A stretch of 62,034 nucleotides of DNA, counting the filler, from Choristocarpus tenellus KU-1152 (lineage: Eukaryota; Protista; Phaeophyceae): the NCBI GenBank assembly GCA_964200185.2. It is 8 parts of 8 records of this genome, joined end to end, with 100 filler letters (N's around TTAATTAATTAA, not from the genome) between each part and the next. Parts side by side here need not be neighbours in the genome. Positions count along the whole stretch, not along the records: positions 57,839 to 62,034 come from CAXNAD020015748.1; 7 more parts are not named here. One strand, written 5' to 3'. This document shows, in pieces, positions 59,856 to 62,034 of the stretch. Numbering within the stretch: position 1 is the stretch's first letter; the number at the start of each line of letters is the position of its first letter. Both the position numbers and the translations under genes were made by a program. A model generated the notes under the pieces. The model was given only the letters and a program-made list of their open reading frames with translations, had not been told where the DNA came from and made no database searches.

Positions 59856-62034
59856 GTGCTGTGATGGAACTAAGTCTATCGGACTTGCCGGACCAAGACA
59901 CACTGAAGAAACAGTTCCTCTCTCTCAAGACTCTACCTAGTGTACTTACTCCAGATCACGATTCTATATTGTCATTCATGGTGAGGGCAAGCCACCATTG
60001 GATAGACACACAAATGATTGCCAGCACATGTGGTTGTTAATATATGTAAAGAAATTTCCTTGTGGGTTGTAATTCCTACCATCTGTTTTGTAGTAGTAGG
60101 TAGTATCACATGATAGTTATGTGTACTGCTCTCCCCCTCAATAATACCATACGCACACGTCAATATTGGATATTTTAATTTGTCATCTTAAATTTCAAAT
60201 GTTTAAAAAAAAATGACCTCTGCCGGTTGTAAAATCATTCCTGCAACTGTATGTAACCACATTATTGTAAAAAATAGGTGGGAACATATTTTCTTAGGTG
60301 TATATTTCTATAATAATGGTAATAGTAGTGATGACAAAGGTGTTCATATAATGGGTGTAGATCTAGATGTGGGTAGGTGTATGGTCATAGCGTCGCAAGT
60401 AGGAAAGGTTGTATGAATGCCGATTGCATAATCCGGAAGTGTCACCAATTGCCCTTTGGAAGGGTTGCGTGAAGGCTACAGAAACGGCATTTTTCGCGCA
60501 TTACATTCTTCACACATGCGAGAAGGGAGATTAGATCATCTGGACTCACAGGAGCAAGGAGAGGATGAAACGTGGGCTGCTCTTGTCCATATGTAGGTAC
60601 GGTTGATCATCATCACAAGCACCTGGTGGGGATTTGTTGTCCCGTTCCCTGGAAACTTTCACTCAGTGTGTGGCAGTACAGAAATGAAACGTCCACACCC
60701 ACTGTATACAGACCAATACTGTATGGTCCCATTACTCACTGTTCGCTCTGTGTGAATGTTCTTGTTCGTGGATTGGTAATCTGTACACGGCATATATACT
60801 CAGTACAATCACCACTGAAGTGACACATAATAGTCTCTAACACAGATTTGAGACTTATTTCTTCACTTTGTAGATATGGCACTTAGCCCTAACATGTGGC
60901 TCTACAATTGTAGCTTGAAGCTATTCCCCCGACATTCCTAACTTGAGGTTCACTCTGACTTGCGTGTACCTTGACGCACGTCTGGATGATACATACGCAG
61001 AGTAAATAAGTACACAACCTTCAACGCAAGGTAAGAAGACTCTACTCAGTTGCACGTAATCTGATTGATCGCATCAGCACCGATATTTTCTTTCCTCTAA
61101 CTACCTGGTACAGACTACTGAAAAGAGGTACAGACTACTGATAAGAGAATATGGTGAAGATAGTTCGTGTGATCACACTTTTAACAGTTACCAAGGACAG
61201 TAACACAAACAGGGTTCATGAGTGCCAATGTCGCAAAACCTTATTGTTGTGCAGACCGGCAAAGGCTATACTTCGGCATGCAGTGCAGAGTGTTATGCTG
61301 TTAACGCTACATACTCACCACACTCAGCCCCAGGATGAGTTCCAGGGCTATGAGGAAGTACTACTAATGATGAAGCAGCATCAATAGGCCGTGCATGATA
61401 AAACGATACCTCAAAAAAAAAACTTCAACAAGAGGTACAGGCTTGTTGTGGATGGGTGCTCCCTCTTCGGTTAATTAAATAGAAATAAAACAAAAACAAG
61501 ATTTCCTCAAACATTCCTCATGATGACGTGTCTTGTCAGGCATGACATTATTAGTCCATCTGCTTTCAACCGATCAGAGATGAGCAACAACAAACACACC
61601 TAGAACACACATCCCTAACCCTAAGAAAAGAGTAAAAAGCACTGCATGTGTATGTCAGCTCTTCCAACATACCAAAAATTCTAGGTACCCTCCTCAGTCT
61701 ACACACAATACTTGGAAAACATTTTCCCAGGCAGTCACTCTTCCAAGCATGTTCGCCTTACGCAAAAATCAGATTTTGTAGATGGTGAAAAGAGTGGGTG
61801 AATTGGGCCAATTTAACCTTTCATGCACAAACACCCTCCAGTCCCTCCTATCCAGTTTTGGTACAAACAATCGAACAGCGCAAGCCTCCTCCTCACCCTC
61901 AAAGGGCGCCATTCACAAGGGAGACAGCATCCATGACCAGACAGAAAGAGAGAGGGTGACAAAGTTCACAGTTAGCAAGAGGAGAAGCAGTGGGTCCTTG
62001 GCGTTTGAGGAGACGTATGTACACCCGCAAGGGT

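Overview
This is eukaryotic, intron-rich DNA, most likely from a brown alga or related ochrophyte. That assignment is an inference from TTAGGG-type repeats, a signal-plus-transit-like presequence and the retroelement style. The window is not one continuous locus: seven identical artificial 100-nt spacers (N44-TTAATTAATTAA-N44) join eight segments (1-3935, 4036-11926, 12027-14542, 14643-32382, 32483-38779, 38880-42327, 42428-57738, 57839-62034). Host genes that can be supported are a complete 8-exon KMO-like FAD monooxygenase (15006-18223, +), a 2-exon ~1118-aa disordered protein with two RanBP2/NZF zinc fingers (24231-27935, -), and a multi-exon coiled-coil plus NEK-like pseudokinase (~52750-56675, +). 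Partial genes are DUS3-like, ankyrin-repeat, ARM-like and a membrane-anchored unknown. Most other sequence is decayed mobile DNA: CRE-like non-LTR retrotransposons, two Ty1/copia elements, a Ty3/gypsy remnant, tyrosine-recombinase (DIRS/Ngaro-like) retrotransposon remnants, and an abundant ~259-bp MITE family with 3-bp variable TSDs plus a related poly-G/poly-C-armed variant. The most unexplained signal is a degraded, intronless tandem-repeat protein with weak SET-like motifs at 36868-38779. I found no CRISPR array, rRNA or tRNA, and no clearly complete new multi-gene system.
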